Source: an uncultured delta proteobacterium (GTDB lineage: Bacteria > Desulfobacterota > Binatia > Binatales > Binataceae). Taken from it: 64,000 nt of DNA. Below, in pieces: positions 1 through 8,809 of this stretch. Numbering within the stretch: position 1 is the stretch's first letter; every line of letters begins with the position of its first letter. The stretch covers positions 352,001 to 416,000 of the forward strand of contig CAVQEQ010000001.1 of assembly GCA_963711565.1 (NCBI GenBank), in the 5' to 3' direction. The position numbers were made by a program, and so were the translations under genes. The notes beneath the pieces were generated by a model that ran no database searches, was not told the origin of the DNA, and was given only the letters and a program-made list of their open reading frames with translations.

Positions 1-2
1 CA

Positions 3-872
3 CTGTATTCGGATCAAAGTGGCGAGCCGGAGATCAAAGCGGACGGCCCGCTGCGCCGCGGCGTTTTTCTGCTGCCCGCGACGATCACCTCGATCGGCCT
101 GCTCGCCGGGTTCTACTCGATGGTCTCCGCAGTCACCGGCCATTTCGAGGTCGCCGCCGTGATGATCGTGATCGCGTTCATCTGCGACGGACTCGACGGG
201 CGGGTCGCACGCGCGTCGCGCACCTCGAGCCAGTTCGGCGTCGAGTACGACAGCCTGTCCGACGTGGTCGCGTTCGGCGTCGCACCGGCGATGCTGGCGT
301 ATTCATGGGCGCTGAAACCAATCGGTTCGTTTGGAATCGGCGTCACCGGACTCTTCGTGATGTGCGCGGCGTTGCGCCTGGCGCGCTTCAACGTGCAGAC
401 CGCGACCGCGGACAAGAGCCGCTTCGTCGGCCTGCCGGTGCCGGGAGCAGCCGCGATGATGGCGGGACTGGTGCTCGCGTACAGCTACTTCGAACTCGAT
501 TCGCCGCGCACGCTATGCACCATCATGGTGCCGATCACGCTCGCCCTCGGCGGCCTGATGATCTCGCGCGTCCCCTACCCGAGCTTCAAAACGATGAAGC
601 TCGAAAAGCGCGCGCAGGTCGAACTCGTGATCATCATGATGGTCGCGGCCGCGATGCTCTTCGCGATGCCTCAGCTCACCGCCTTCCTGCTCTCGACCGC
701 GTACGTGCTGTCGGGCCCGTGGCTGATGCTCCGCGGCGAACGGCTGAGCGCCAAGGTCTCGGTACTGCGCCCGGTCGCGGGCAAATCCCACGACGCCAAC
801 GGCGCCGCGCCGCCAGCCGACAGTGCTCGAAGCACCCGTAGCCTCCGCGACCATCAGCCCGCGCAGCGCTAG
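3..872 (+). CDS. pssA: CDP-diacylglycerol--serine O-phosphatidyltransferase (5' end outside window)
   Basis: CDP-alcohol phosphotransferase motif DGLDGRVAR...FGVEYDSLSDVVAFGVAP and ALRLARFN. The frame is open upstream of 120 (RRGVFLLPATIT...) to the window edge. Confidence 0.9.
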   Translation: MYSDQSGEPEIKADGPLRRGVFLLPATITSIGLLAGFYSMVSAVTGHFEVAAVMIVIAFICDGLDGRVARASRTSSQFGVEYDSLSDVVAFGVAPAMLAYSWALKPIGSFGIGVTGLFVMCAALRLARFNVQTATADKSRFVGLPVPGAAAMMAGLVLAYSYFELDSPRTLCTIMVPITLALGGLMISRVPYPSFKTMKLEKRAQVELVIIMMVAAAMLFAMPQLTAFLLSTAYVLSGPWLMLRGERLSAKVSVLRPVAGKSHDANGAAPPADSARSTRSLRDHQPAQR

Positions 873-885
873 CGCCATCAGTACG

Positions 886-912
886 AAGGCCGGACACTTG
901 TTCCGGCCTTTT
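886..912 (+). terminator. Probable intrinsic terminator after pssA
   Basis: Stem aaggccgga (886-894) / tccggcctt (902-910) followed by a T-rich tract. Confidence 0.6.
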
Positions 913-936
913 GCTTTCTGGTAAACAGCATGTCGT

Positions 937-1203
937 ATGAAGCCTCAGTCGGTTTCACTAACAGTTGCCAACTGCTGCCTAGTCGGAGTCGGACTGTTTA
1001 TCTTTACTATGTTGTCAGCTTGCAGTTCAGGCGAGAATCAAACTGACAAGCAGGCCGCGATGGCGCGTATGACCTACTCGCCCGAGAAATGCGAACAGGT
1101 CGGCGCAGTTTATTACACGTGCAGCGGCGATCACTCGCTGCCTGATGCGGACGCGGGCATGATCGACTCCGGCAAGTCGAACGACACGCGGCTGCTCCGC
1201 TGA
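937..1203 (+). CDS. Small hypothetical lipoprotein
   Basis: Hydrophobic N-region ending in lipobox-like LSAC; 88 aa; no recognised family. Confidence 0.5.
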   Translation: MKPQSVSLTVANCCLVGVGLFIFTMLSACSSGENQTDKQAAMARMTYSPEKCEQVGAVYYTCSGDHSLPDADAGMIDSGKSNDTRLLR

Positions 1204-1332
1204 GTCTGTCCGGCTGGTTCTCACTATGAAAAGGGCAATGGCTGTCAGAAAGACTGAGCATCCAACCCCGAATTAAGACAGCCCGAGCCGTTGGTAGTGC
1301 CCTAAGGACACTACCGAGCCGTTGTCTCGGCC

Positions 1333-1362
1333 TTGACTGACATCTCCGAGGCCGCTTAGAAT
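1333..1362 (+). promoter_or_regulatory. Sigma70-type promoter of the leu leader
   Basis: TTGACT (1333-1338), 18-nt spacer, TAGAAT (1357-1362). Confidence 0.6.
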
Positions 1363-1371
1363 CCGTACAGT

Positions 1372-1455
1372 ATGTTTTCCAACCTGCTACCGGAGCTGCT
1401 GCTTAGCCTGGCCCTTACAAGGGCCCACGCCAGGCGCGCGTCCGGACAGGTTTAA
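1372..1455 (+). CDS. leuL: Leucine attenuator leader peptide MFSNLLPELLLSLALTRAHARRASGQV
   Basis: 27 codons with 7 Leu in residues 5-15 (including CTA and CTT), directly before a terminator and leuA. Confidence 0.75.
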   Translation: MFSNLLPELLLSLALTRAHARRASGQV

Positions 1456-1477
1456 AGGCCTGATTAAACTGAGACAC

Positions 1478-1532
1478 ACGCCCCGGGCAGTGGGCCGATC
1501 GAAGCCGCCCGGGGCGTTTTCTTTTTCTTTTT
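1478..1532 (+). terminator. Attenuator terminator upstream of leuA
   Basis: Perfect 11-bp stem acgccccgggc (1478-1488) / gcccggggcgt (1507-1517), then tttctttttcttttt. Confidence 0.85.
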
Positions 1533-1587
1533 CAGTGCTCCCGGTGGACGATTGGCACGCTGATCCCGCGGCGATGATGCGGGAGGA

Positions 1588-3165
1588 ATGACGATGGCAC
1601 ACGCGAACACGGCTGCGCACGACGACAAGGATTACGTCCGAATTTTCGACACCACGCTGCGCGACGGCGAGCAATCGCCCGGATGCACGATGAACGTCGA
1701 GGAGAAGATCGCACTGGCGCGCCAGCTCGAACGGCTGAACGTCGATATCATCGAAGCCGGCTTTGCCGTCTCTTCGCCCGGCGACTTCGAGTCGATTAGT
1801 CGCGTCGCGCAGGCAGTCACCGATCCGGTGGTGCTCAGCCTGTCGCGTACGGGCGAGCAGGACGTGGATTCGGCGCTGCGCGCAGTCAACAAGGCCGCGC
1901 ATCCCGGGATTCACATTTTCATCGCGACCTCGGATATCCATCTCAAGTACAAACTCAACATGAATCGCGAGGATGTGCTCGACGCCGCGACGTGGGCGGT
2001 CACGCGCGCGAAGCGCCATCTCGACTATATCGAGTTCTCGTGCGAGGACGCGTCGCGCTCCGACTGGGACTACATGGTCAACGTCTGCAGCGAAGTGATT
2101 CGCGCGGGCGCTACGGTGATCAATCTGCCGGACACCACCGGTCACGCGATCCCTGAGGAGTTGGGACGGATGTTCGCGTACATGCGCGAAAAGGTTCCCG
2201 GCGCCGACAAAGTTATCTGGAGTGCCCATTGTCACAACGATCTCGGGCTGGCGGTCGCGAACTCGCTGGCGGCGGTACGCAACGGCGCGCGCCAGATCGA
2301 ATGCACGATCAACGGAATCGGCGAGCGCGCAGGCAACTGCTCGATGGAAGAAGTCGTGATGGCGATGAAGACGCGCCACGACCTGATGGGCGTCGGTTCG
2401 CGCGTCAACACCCGCCAGATCTATCCGGCCTCGCGCCTGCTCTCGCAGGTGATCGGACAGTCGGTGCCGGCCAACAAGCCAATCGTCGGCGACAACGCCT
2501 TCGCGCACGAAGCCGGAATCCATCAGGACGGCGTGCTCAAGTACAAGCTGACGTACGAGATCATGAAGCCCGAGGATATCGGCATCCCGTCGAACAAGCT
2601 GGTGCTGGGCAAGCACTCGGGGCGTCACGCTTTCACGAACAGGCTGACAGAACTTGGTGTCGATATCGACAACGTCAACGTGAACAAGGCCTTCGCCGAA
2701 TTCAAGGCGCTCTGCGATAAGAAGAAAATTGTGTACGACGACGACATCCTGGCGCTGGTCACCGAGAGCGCGCGGCGGACGGTCGATCACTTCGAGCTGG
2801 TCGATTTGAAAGTCGGCTCGTCCAGCAAGAGCACGCCGCACGCGGAAGTGACGATGCGCGTCGAAGGAAAAGAGTGCTCGGCCGAGGGCGAAGGCGACGG
2901 GATGGTGGACGCGTGCTACAAAGCGATCTACAAAATCGCCGCAATCAGTCCGACCCTGGAGCGCTATGCGGTGAAGGCTATAACCGGCGGCACCGACGCG
3001 CTTGGCGAGGTGAGCTGCATGATCCGAGAAAACGGCGTGACCGTCGCCGGCCAGGGAGCGCATAGCGACATTGTCATGGCCAGTGCGCTCGCGCTGGTAA
3101 ACGCGCTCAACCGGCTGAAGGCGCGCAAGCACGCCCCGCTCAAGCCGACTAGCGACGTGCGGTGA
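1588..3165 (+). CDS. leuA: 2-isopropylmalate synthase
   Basis: FDTTLRDGEQSPG, HCHNDLGLAVAN, GIGERAGN, AFAHEAGIHQDG, plus C-terminal regulatory domain. Confidence 0.97.
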   Translation: MTMAHANTAAHDDKDYVRIFDTTLRDGEQSPGCTMNVEEKIALARQLERLNVDIIEAGFAVSSPGDFESISRVAQAVTDPVVLSLSRTGEQDVDSALRAVNKAAHPGIHIFIATSDIHLKYKLNMNREDVLDAATWAVTRAKRHLDYIEFSCEDASRSDWDYMVNVCSEVIRAGATVINLPDTTGHAIPEELGRMFAYMREKVPGADKVIWSAHCHNDLGLAVANSLAAVRNGARQIECTINGIGERAGNCSMEEVVMAMKTRHDLMGVGSRVNTRQIYPASRLLSQVIGQSVPANKPIVGDNAFAHEAGIHQDGVLKYKLTYEIMKPEDIGIPSNKLVLGKHSGRHAFTNRLTELGVDIDNVNVNKAFAEFKALCDKKKIVYDDDILALVTESARRTVDHFELVDLKVGSSSKSTPHAEVTMRVEGKECSAEGEGDGMVDACYKAIYKIAAISPTLERYAVKAITGGTDALGEVSCMIRENGVTVAGQGAHSDIVMASALALVNALNRLKARKHAPLKPTSDVR

Positions 3166-3408
3166 GCCGCGACGGGGCTTGCCGCAACATCATAGTTGGG
3201 CTAGTGCTTTGAGGGCTTGAGTTTGAACTTGAATTCGGTCTTCACCCTGCGCGATGTGCGGTTACCTGCGGCTCCTGCCGTGGTGGCGAGGTTTGCCACA
3301 GCGCCATCGCGTCCATCTGCGCTCCTAATTTTCGAGGCTATACACTGACGGGTCGAGACTGTTTGACGCTCCTCCCGATCATTCACGTCCAGCGTTCAGC
3401 GCTTTCGC

Positions 3409-4524
3409 ATGGCCTATAAAATTCTAGTTCTGAAAGGTGACGGCATCGGCCCCGAGGTCGTCGGCGAGGCGCTGCAGGTTCTCAAGATCATCGCGCGCCG
3501 ATCCGCTGTCGATCTCGAGTTCAAGGAGGGCATGATCGGCGGTCATGCGCTCGACACCGCCGGCACTCCGCTGCCCGACGAAGTGCTCAAGCACGCGCAG
3601 GACAGCGACGCGATCCTGCTCGGCGCCGTCGGAGGACCAAAGTGGGACAAGCCCAACGCGGAGAAGCGTCCCGAGCAGGCGCTGCTTGGACTCCGAAAAG
3701 CATTGGGGTTGTTCGCCAACATCCGCCCCGTCAAAACCGTCAAAGAACTCATGGCGGCGTCGCCGCTGAAGGCCGAAGTGATCGGCGGCGTCAACGTGGT
3801 GATCATTCGCGAGCTGACCGGCGGCATTTACTACGGCAAGCCGAGCGAAAAGCGCGCAGCGAAAGAAGGCCGCGAGGCGGTCGATACCTGCTTCTACACC
3901 GAAGCCGAGATTGCCCGCGTGCTCAAGTTTGGTTTCGAGCTGGCGCGCGACCGCCGAAAAAAACTGACCTCGGTCAACAAGGCTAACGTGCTCGCTACCT
4001 CCCGCTTGTGGCGCGAGATAGCAACCGAGCTGAGCGCGCAGTTCAAGGACGTCGCGTTCGAGAATCAGCTGGTCGATTCGATGGCGATGCATCTGATACG
4101 CCGCCCCAAGGACTTCGACGTGGTCGTCACCGAGAACATGTTCGGCGACATCCTGACCGACGAGGCCTCGGTGCTCGCCGGTTCGATGGGTCTGTTGCCG
4201 TCGGCGTCGCTCGGCGAGGAGCTCAACAGCGCAGGGTTCCGCGTCGGGCTCTACGAGCCGATTCACGGCAGCGCACCGGATATCGCGGGCCGCGACGAAG
4301 CCAACCCGCTGGCGGCAATCCTGTCGGCCGCGATGCTGCTCGAGCATTCGCTCGGGATGCGATCCGAGGCCGAGCTGATTTCGCAGGCCGTCGATTCGGT
4401 CGTGCGCGACGGCTATCGCACTCGCGACCTTCACGGCGGCGCCGGCACGCAAACCGTCGGATGCAAGGCGATGGGGCGGCTGGTACGCGAAAAAATCGAC
4501 AGCAGCGAAAGCGAAGGCGAATGA
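3409..4524 (+). CDS. leuB: 3-isopropylmalate dehydrogenase
   Basis: GDGIGPEV, RELTGGIYYG, NMFGDILTDEAS, YEPIHGSAPDIAG. Confidence 0.97.
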   Translation: MAYKILVLKGDGIGPEVVGEALQVLKIIARRSAVDLEFKEGMIGGHALDTAGTPLPDEVLKHAQDSDAILLGAVGGPKWDKPNAEKRPEQALLGLRKALGLFANIRPVKTVKELMAASPLKAEVIGGVNVVIIRELTGGIYYGKPSEKRAAKEGREAVDTCFYTEAEIARVLKFGFELARDRRKKLTSVNKANVLATSRLWREIATELSAQFKDVAFENQLVDSMAMHLIRRPKDFDVVVTENMFGDILTDEASVLAGSMGLLPSASLGEELNSAGFRVGLYEPIHGSAPDIAGRDEANPLAAILSAAMLLEHSLGMRSEAELISQAVDSVVRDGYRTRDLHGGAGTQTVGCKAMGRLVREKIDSSESEGE

Positions 4525-5507
4525 GTACGACCCGCGAGCCGAGAGTGGCGGTTGTCGGCGCCACCGGCGCGGTCGGCAACCAGCTAATCGAACTGATCGC
4601 CGCGCGCGGCTTCCAGCTCAGCGAACTGAAACTATTCGCGACCGAAGCAGGCGCGATGCAGACTGTTGACGCGGCTGGCGAGGAGCGCCTCGTCGATGCG
4701 CTCGAGAATCCCGGCGACCTTCGCGATTTCGATATCGCGTTCCTGGCAATCCCCGCTCCGCGCGCCGCCGAAATCATCGCCGCGCAGCCGGGCCCCATTC
4801 TCCTCGATCTCAGCGCGGCGAATCGCCCGCCCACGGATGTGCCGATGGTCGCGCCCGGGCTCACTTCGCGCGAGTCGTTCGCGCAATTGCGCAAGGCGAA
4901 GGTCTTCGCGACGCCTCATCCCGCCGCCCACGTGCTTGCCACCTGTCTCAAAGCGCTCGGCGCCAATAGCGGATTCGTTGCCGCGACCGCGATGCTAGGC
5001 GCGAGCGCCGGCGGCATGGAGATGCTGACCGCTACCGTCGATCAGACCACGGATCTTTTAAGCGCGCGCCTCGAGCTCGACGACGATGAAGTACAGCGCG
5101 GCTTCAACGCCTTCATACGCGAGCATGAGCGCTCGGTCGCGAATGCAATCGCCGCGCAGATCGGAAAGCTGCTCGACAAGGCGCCGCCGCTGTCCGTGCA
5201 GGTCGCCGCAATTCCCGTCCTCCACGGTTCCGCGTTGACGGTCGATATCCAGCGGCCGCGCGCCATCAAAGGCAACGGCGAAGACGCGGTCGAGCTGCTG
5301 CGCGTCGCGCCCGGTATTCTAATCGCCGAGGAAGGCGAGCCGCTCGGCGTGATCGATGCTGTCGGCCAGGAGGCAATCGTCGTCAGTGTCGAGACACGCG
5401 CGGACTCGCTGTCGCTATGGTGCGTGTTCGACAACACGCGCCTGGCGGCTCTGGGAGCGCTCTGGATCGCCGAGACGATGGCGCTCAGCTCGCCGACGCT
5501 GGCCTGA
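4521..5507 (+). CDS. Aspartate-semialdehyde dehydrogenase-like (Usg-type) protein
   Basis: VAVVGATGAVG Rossmann motif and C-terminal WCVFDNTR. ATG overlaps the leuB stop (ATGA). The catalytic NPNC segment is not conserved. Confidence 0.8.
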   Translation: MSTTREPRVAVVGATGAVGNQLIELIAARGFQLSELKLFATEAGAMQTVDAAGEERLVDALENPGDLRDFDIAFLAIPAPRAAEIIAAQPGPILLDLSAANRPPTDVPMVAPGLTSRESFAQLRKAKVFATPHPAAHVLATCLKALGANSGFVAATAMLGASAGGMEMLTATVDQTTDLLSARLELDDDEVQRGFNAFIREHERSVANAIAAQIGKLLDKAPPLSVQVAAIPVLHGSALTVDIQRPRAIKGNGEDAVELLRVAPGILIAEEGEPLGVIDAVGQEAIVVSVETRADSLSLWCVFDNTRLAALGALWIAETMALSSPTLA

Positions 5508-5523
5508 TCCGGCGCGCGATCCC

Positions 5524-6255
5524 ATGGTCCTCAAGCTCACCATCGAGTACGACGGTGCCAACTATTCCGGATGGCAGCTTCAGCCGCGCCACGATTCGAT
5601 CCAGGGCAGAATCGAGGCCGCGCTCGAGCGGATTTTCGCGGCGCCGATTCGCGTGTTCGGGTCGGGCCGCACCGATGCAGGCGTGCATGCGCGGGGGCAG
5701 GTCGCTTCGATTTCGATTCCGCGCCTCTTCGACCCGGCAGACTTGCAACGCGCGCTCAACTCGATTCTGCCTGCCGACATCGTCGTGATCGACATTTCGC
5801 CCGCGCCTGACGACTTCGATCCGCGCCGCGCGGCGCACTCGCGCGTGTACGAATATCGCGTACTTAATCGTAAAATCGCCTCCGCCTTCGAGTACCGCTA
5901 CAGCTGGCTGGTCCGCGACCAACTCGATCTCGGCGCGATGAACCGCGCCGCGCGCATTTTTGTCGGCGAGCACGATTTCGCCGCGTTCCGTTCGCTCGGC
6001 ACTGAAGTGAGGACCACGATACGCCGCGTGATCTCAAGCGAGTGGACGCGCGACGCCGACGTTTTGCTGTACCGCGTCGAGGCGAACAGTTTTCTGCGCC
6101 ATATGGTGCGCGCGATGGTCGCGGCGATGGTGGACGTGGGACGGGGCAAGCTCGCGGCCGAGCAAGTCGCCACGATTCTCGACGGACGCGATCGTCATGA
6201 GGGGCCAGCCAACGCGCCGCCCGGCGGTCTGTACCTGGTCGAAGTCCGCTACTGA
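5524..6255 (+). CDS. truA: tRNA pseudouridine(38-40) synthase
   Basis: YDGANYSGWQ, GSGRTDAGVHARGQV, FLRHMVR, APPGGLYL. Confidence 0.96.
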   Translation: MVLKLTIEYDGANYSGWQLQPRHDSIQGRIEAALERIFAAPIRVFGSGRTDAGVHARGQVASISIPRLFDPADLQRALNSILPADIVVIDISPAPDDFDPRRAAHSRVYEYRVLNRKIASAFEYRYSWLVRDQLDLGAMNRAARIFVGEHDFAAFRSLGTEVRTTIRRVISSEWTRDADVLLYRVEANSFLRHMVRAMVAAMVDVGRGKLAAEQVATILDGRDRHEGPANAPPGGLYLVEVRY

Positions 6256-6450
6256 CAGCGAGATCGCGCGGGTTGCACAAATCCTCGACGCAAACCCCTT
6301 GGGGCTGAATGCGAAGGCGACGAGCCTGTGCAAAAACCATCACGATCCCTAGAAAAAATCGCGATTTTCACGCGGTCCGCTCTTGAAATTTCCGCGCTAC
6401 TCGTTCACCCTCACCTGAAGCCCGAAACCCGGGACGCAAGGAGGAGGATG

Positions 6451-6732
6451 ATGACTCAGTCGCAGGTAGCAGCCTACATGGCTGAAAAGCTCGGACTCAC
6501 CAAGAAGCAAGGGAAGACCGTGCTCGAGGAACTCAACGCATTGGTCGTCCGCGAGCTCAAGAAGGAGGGATCGCTGCGGCTGGCCGGCCTCGGGATCTTC
6601 CGCAAGCGCAAGACCAAGGCGCGGATGGGCCGCAATCCGGCCACCGGTCAGGAGATCAAGATTCCGGCGCGCACCCGGCTTCGCTTCACCGCCGCCAAGG
6701 CGTTGAAGGACTCGGTTCTCGGCACGAAATAA
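6451..6732 (+). CDS. HU family DNA-binding protein
   Basis: RMGRNPATGQEIKIPA motif; strong RBS aggaggagg; alternative ATG at 6448. Confidence 0.93.
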   Translation: MTQSQVAAYMAEKLGLTKKQGKTVLEELNALVVRELKKEGSLRLAGLGIFRKRKTKARMGRNPATGQEIKIPARTRLRFTAAKALKDSVLGTK

Positions 6733-6751
6733 TCTCCTGCCTGATTCTTGT

Positions 6752-6795
6752 GAACCGCGGGAACGGATTGGCTCCGGCTCCCGCGGTTCGCTTTT
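6752..6795 (+). terminator. Intrinsic terminator after the HU gene
   Basis: Stem gaaccgcggga / tcccgcggttc followed by gctttt. Confidence 0.7.
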
Positions 6796-6847
6796 AAGGA
6801 GCGCTGCGCGATTTCGGAACCGGTACCGGCTTCGCTGGGCGCGAAGC

Positions 6848-6921
6848 TGTCCGAGCTCTCTTCGACAGGCTCAGGGCAGGCTCTTCCTGCCGCTTGCGAT
6901 GCTCGCTGCGTCAGGATGATA
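6848..6921. repeat. Degenerate REP/MITE-like element
   Basis: Contains cttcgacaggctcagggcagg and gatgctcgctgcgtcaggatgata, which resembles the right arm of the element at 23948-24045; lies between convergent genes. Confidence 0.35.
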
Positions 6922-6925
6922 GCGG

Positions 6926-8290
6926 TCAGTCTTTGCCGTCCGGCTTGCGCCGCGGTGTGGTGTGGCGCGCCTGGCGTGCGCGGGCGAGGAACTCACGGAT
7001 TCTGATTTCGTAGCCGCGCTCCGACGGCTCATAATAGATTTTTTCGCCGAGTTCGTCCGGCAAGTAATGCTGATCTACGAGCGCGCCTTCGAAATCGTGC
7101 GGATAGCGATAGCCCTTTCCGTAGCCTAGTCCCTTCATCATCGGCGTCGGCGCATTGCGCAGATGCAGCGGCACCGCCAGCGCGCCAAGCGTTTTCGCAT
7201 CTTCGCTCGCCGAGCGCATCGCGAGATACGACGCGTTGGACTTCGGCGCACTCGCGAGATAGGTCACGCCCTGCGCGAGCGGAATCACACCTTCCGGCAT
7301 TCCGACGAAATCCACCGCTTCCTTCACCGCGATCGCGACTTGCAGCGCGCGTGGGTCGGCGTTGCCAACGTCCTCGGACGCGAAGATCACCATCCGCCGC
7401 GCGATGAACAGCGGCTCCTCGCCCGCTTCGACCATCCGCATCATCCAGTACACCGCGGCGTCGGGATCGCTGCCGCGCATGCTCTTGATAAACGCCGAGA
7501 TGACGTTGTAGTGCTCCTCGCCCGCGCGATCGTAGAGCAGCGCTTTCTGCTGCGCCGACTCGCGAATATGCTCCGGCGTGACAATCATCGCGCCCGCGTT
7601 CTGCGCGAACTCCGCCGCAATTTCGAGCGTGCCGAGCGCGCGCCGCGCGTCGCCGCCCGCATAGCGGACGATCTCGTCGATCGCGCCGGCACCCAGCTTG
7701 AGGCCCATGTTGCCGAGGCCGCGCTCCTTGTCGGCGAGCGCGCGATGCACCAGAGTCGCGACGTTTTCCTCCGACAGCGGCTGCAGCACGAGTAGCCGCA
7801 TCCGCGAGAGCAGTGCCGAGATGACTTCGAACGATGGATTCTCGGTCGTCGCGCCGATAAGTGTGATCAGCCCGCTCTCGACGTGCGGCAGAAACGCGTC
7901 CTGCTGCGCGCGGTTCCATCGATGGATCTCGTCGATAAAAACCACCGTGCGCTTGCCCGCTTCGAGATCGTGGCGCGCCGCCTCGACCGCCTCGCGCAGA
8001 TCGGCGACGCCCAACGTCACCGCGGCCAGCTTGCGGAACACCGCGCCCGATTGCTCCGCCAGCACGATCGCAAGCGTCGTCTTCCCTGTGCCCGGCGGTC
8101 CCCACAGGATCATCGAATGGAGCACGTGCGCCGCAACCATCTGGCTGAGGAATTTGCCCGGTCCCAGCAGATGCTCCTGGCCCACGATTTCATCGAGCGT
8201 CCGCGGCCGCATCCGATCCGCCAACGGCTGACTAAGCGGCGTGCGCGGAGGAAACAGACTCTGCGAAGAATCAGCCTTGCGCCGTGCCAT
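6926..8290 (-). CDS. rarA: Replication-associated recombination protein A (MgsA/RarA)
   Basis: PLADRMRP, WGPPGTGKTT, FIDEIHR, GATTENPSF, SAFIKSMRGSDPDAA, VPLHLRNAP. Confidence 0.96.
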   Translation of the reverse strand: MARRKADSSQSLFPPRTPLSQPLADRMRPRTLDEIVGQEHLLGPGKFLSQMVAAHVLHSMILWGPPGTGKTTLAIVLAEQSGAVFRKLAAVTLGVADLREAVEAARHDLEAGKRTVVFIDEIHRWNRAQQDAFLPHVESGLITLIGATTENPSFEVISALLSRMRLLVLQPLSEENVATLVHRALADKERGLGNMGLKLGAGAIDEIVRYAGGDARRALGTLEIAAEFAQNAGAMIVTPEHIRESAQQKALLYDRAGEEHYNVISAFIKSMRGSDPDAAVYWMMRMVEAGEEPLFIARRMVIFASEDVGNADPRALQVAIAVKEAVDFVGMPEGVIPLAQGVTYLASAPKSNASYLAMRSASEDAKTLGALAVPLHLRNAPTPMMKGLGYGKGYRYPHDFEGALVDQHYLPDELGEKIYYEPSERGYEIRIREFLARARQARHTTPRRKPDGKD

Positions 8291-8353
8291 TTTTGAAAAG
8301 TATCACAGTGACCGACTCCGGCTAATGCCCTTCCACGCCCTGTCACCACGTCG

Positions 8354-8395
8354 TTGCACAGGTGGCTTCCACTGATCTAGCTTCATGACGCGGCT
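8354..8395 (+). repeat. Left copy of 42-bp imperfect direct repeat bounding the island
   Basis: ttgcacaggtggcttccactgatctagcttcatgacgcggct; 16-bp core identical to 10824-10839. Confidence 0.8.
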
Positions 8396-8483
8396 CAGCG
8401 TTGCCGCTTTGCCTAGAGCAAGGTTGTCGGGCGCGAGACCTACTGCCTAAAATGACGAACAGTAACCCCTCAAGAGGTGCCCA

Positions 8484-8795
8484 ATGCCGAGAAAATCGCC
8501 TACTACCGCTCCGGGCATCCGACATGACTGCGTAACGTTCGACGACGGCAGCGGGCATAAGTGGCATGTGCCATTCGACGAGATTGTTAGCATTCCGCGC
8601 GTGGGAGAAGAGGTTCTCTTACCGAGTCCGTCCGGGTCTGACAAACTCCGCTACTCGGTCGTTAGCGTCGCGCACGAGTTCGACGCACGAAGACCTCCCA
8701 AAGACGCGATTGGGATCTCTGCCCGGGGGAACGATAAATGGATTTATGCGGGTCTCGGCGACGTAATTGTAAGAATCGATCAAACTGAAGACTGA
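8484..8795 (+). CDS. Hypothetical protein (island)
   Basis: 103-aa ORF with RBS aagagg; beta-rich-looking sequence (IPRVGEEVLL); family unknown. Confidence 0.6.
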   Translation: MPRKSPTTAPGIRHDCVTFDDGSGHKWHVPFDEIVSIPRVGEEVLLPSPSGSDKLRYSVVSVAHEFDARRPPKDAIGISARGNDKWIYAGLGDVIVRIDQTED

Positions 8796-8809
8796 GAGGA
8801 CGACGTGAT

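Noticed and set aside
1387-3132. Long antisense and alternative-frame ORFs, e.g. 581 aa opposite leuA and others opposite gyrB, gyrA and gltB
   Set aside because: Shadow ORFs expected from high-GC codon bias; they overlap well-supported genes and lack motifs.
6271-6450. Imperfect hairpin (6271-6338) and GACGCAA motifs upstream of HU, suggesting a c-di-GMP-I riboswitch
   Set aside because: The GGCAAACC-GAAA hairpin and downstream P3 arrangement are not present in order, and the second motif runs straight into the RBS. An Rfam scan would settle it.
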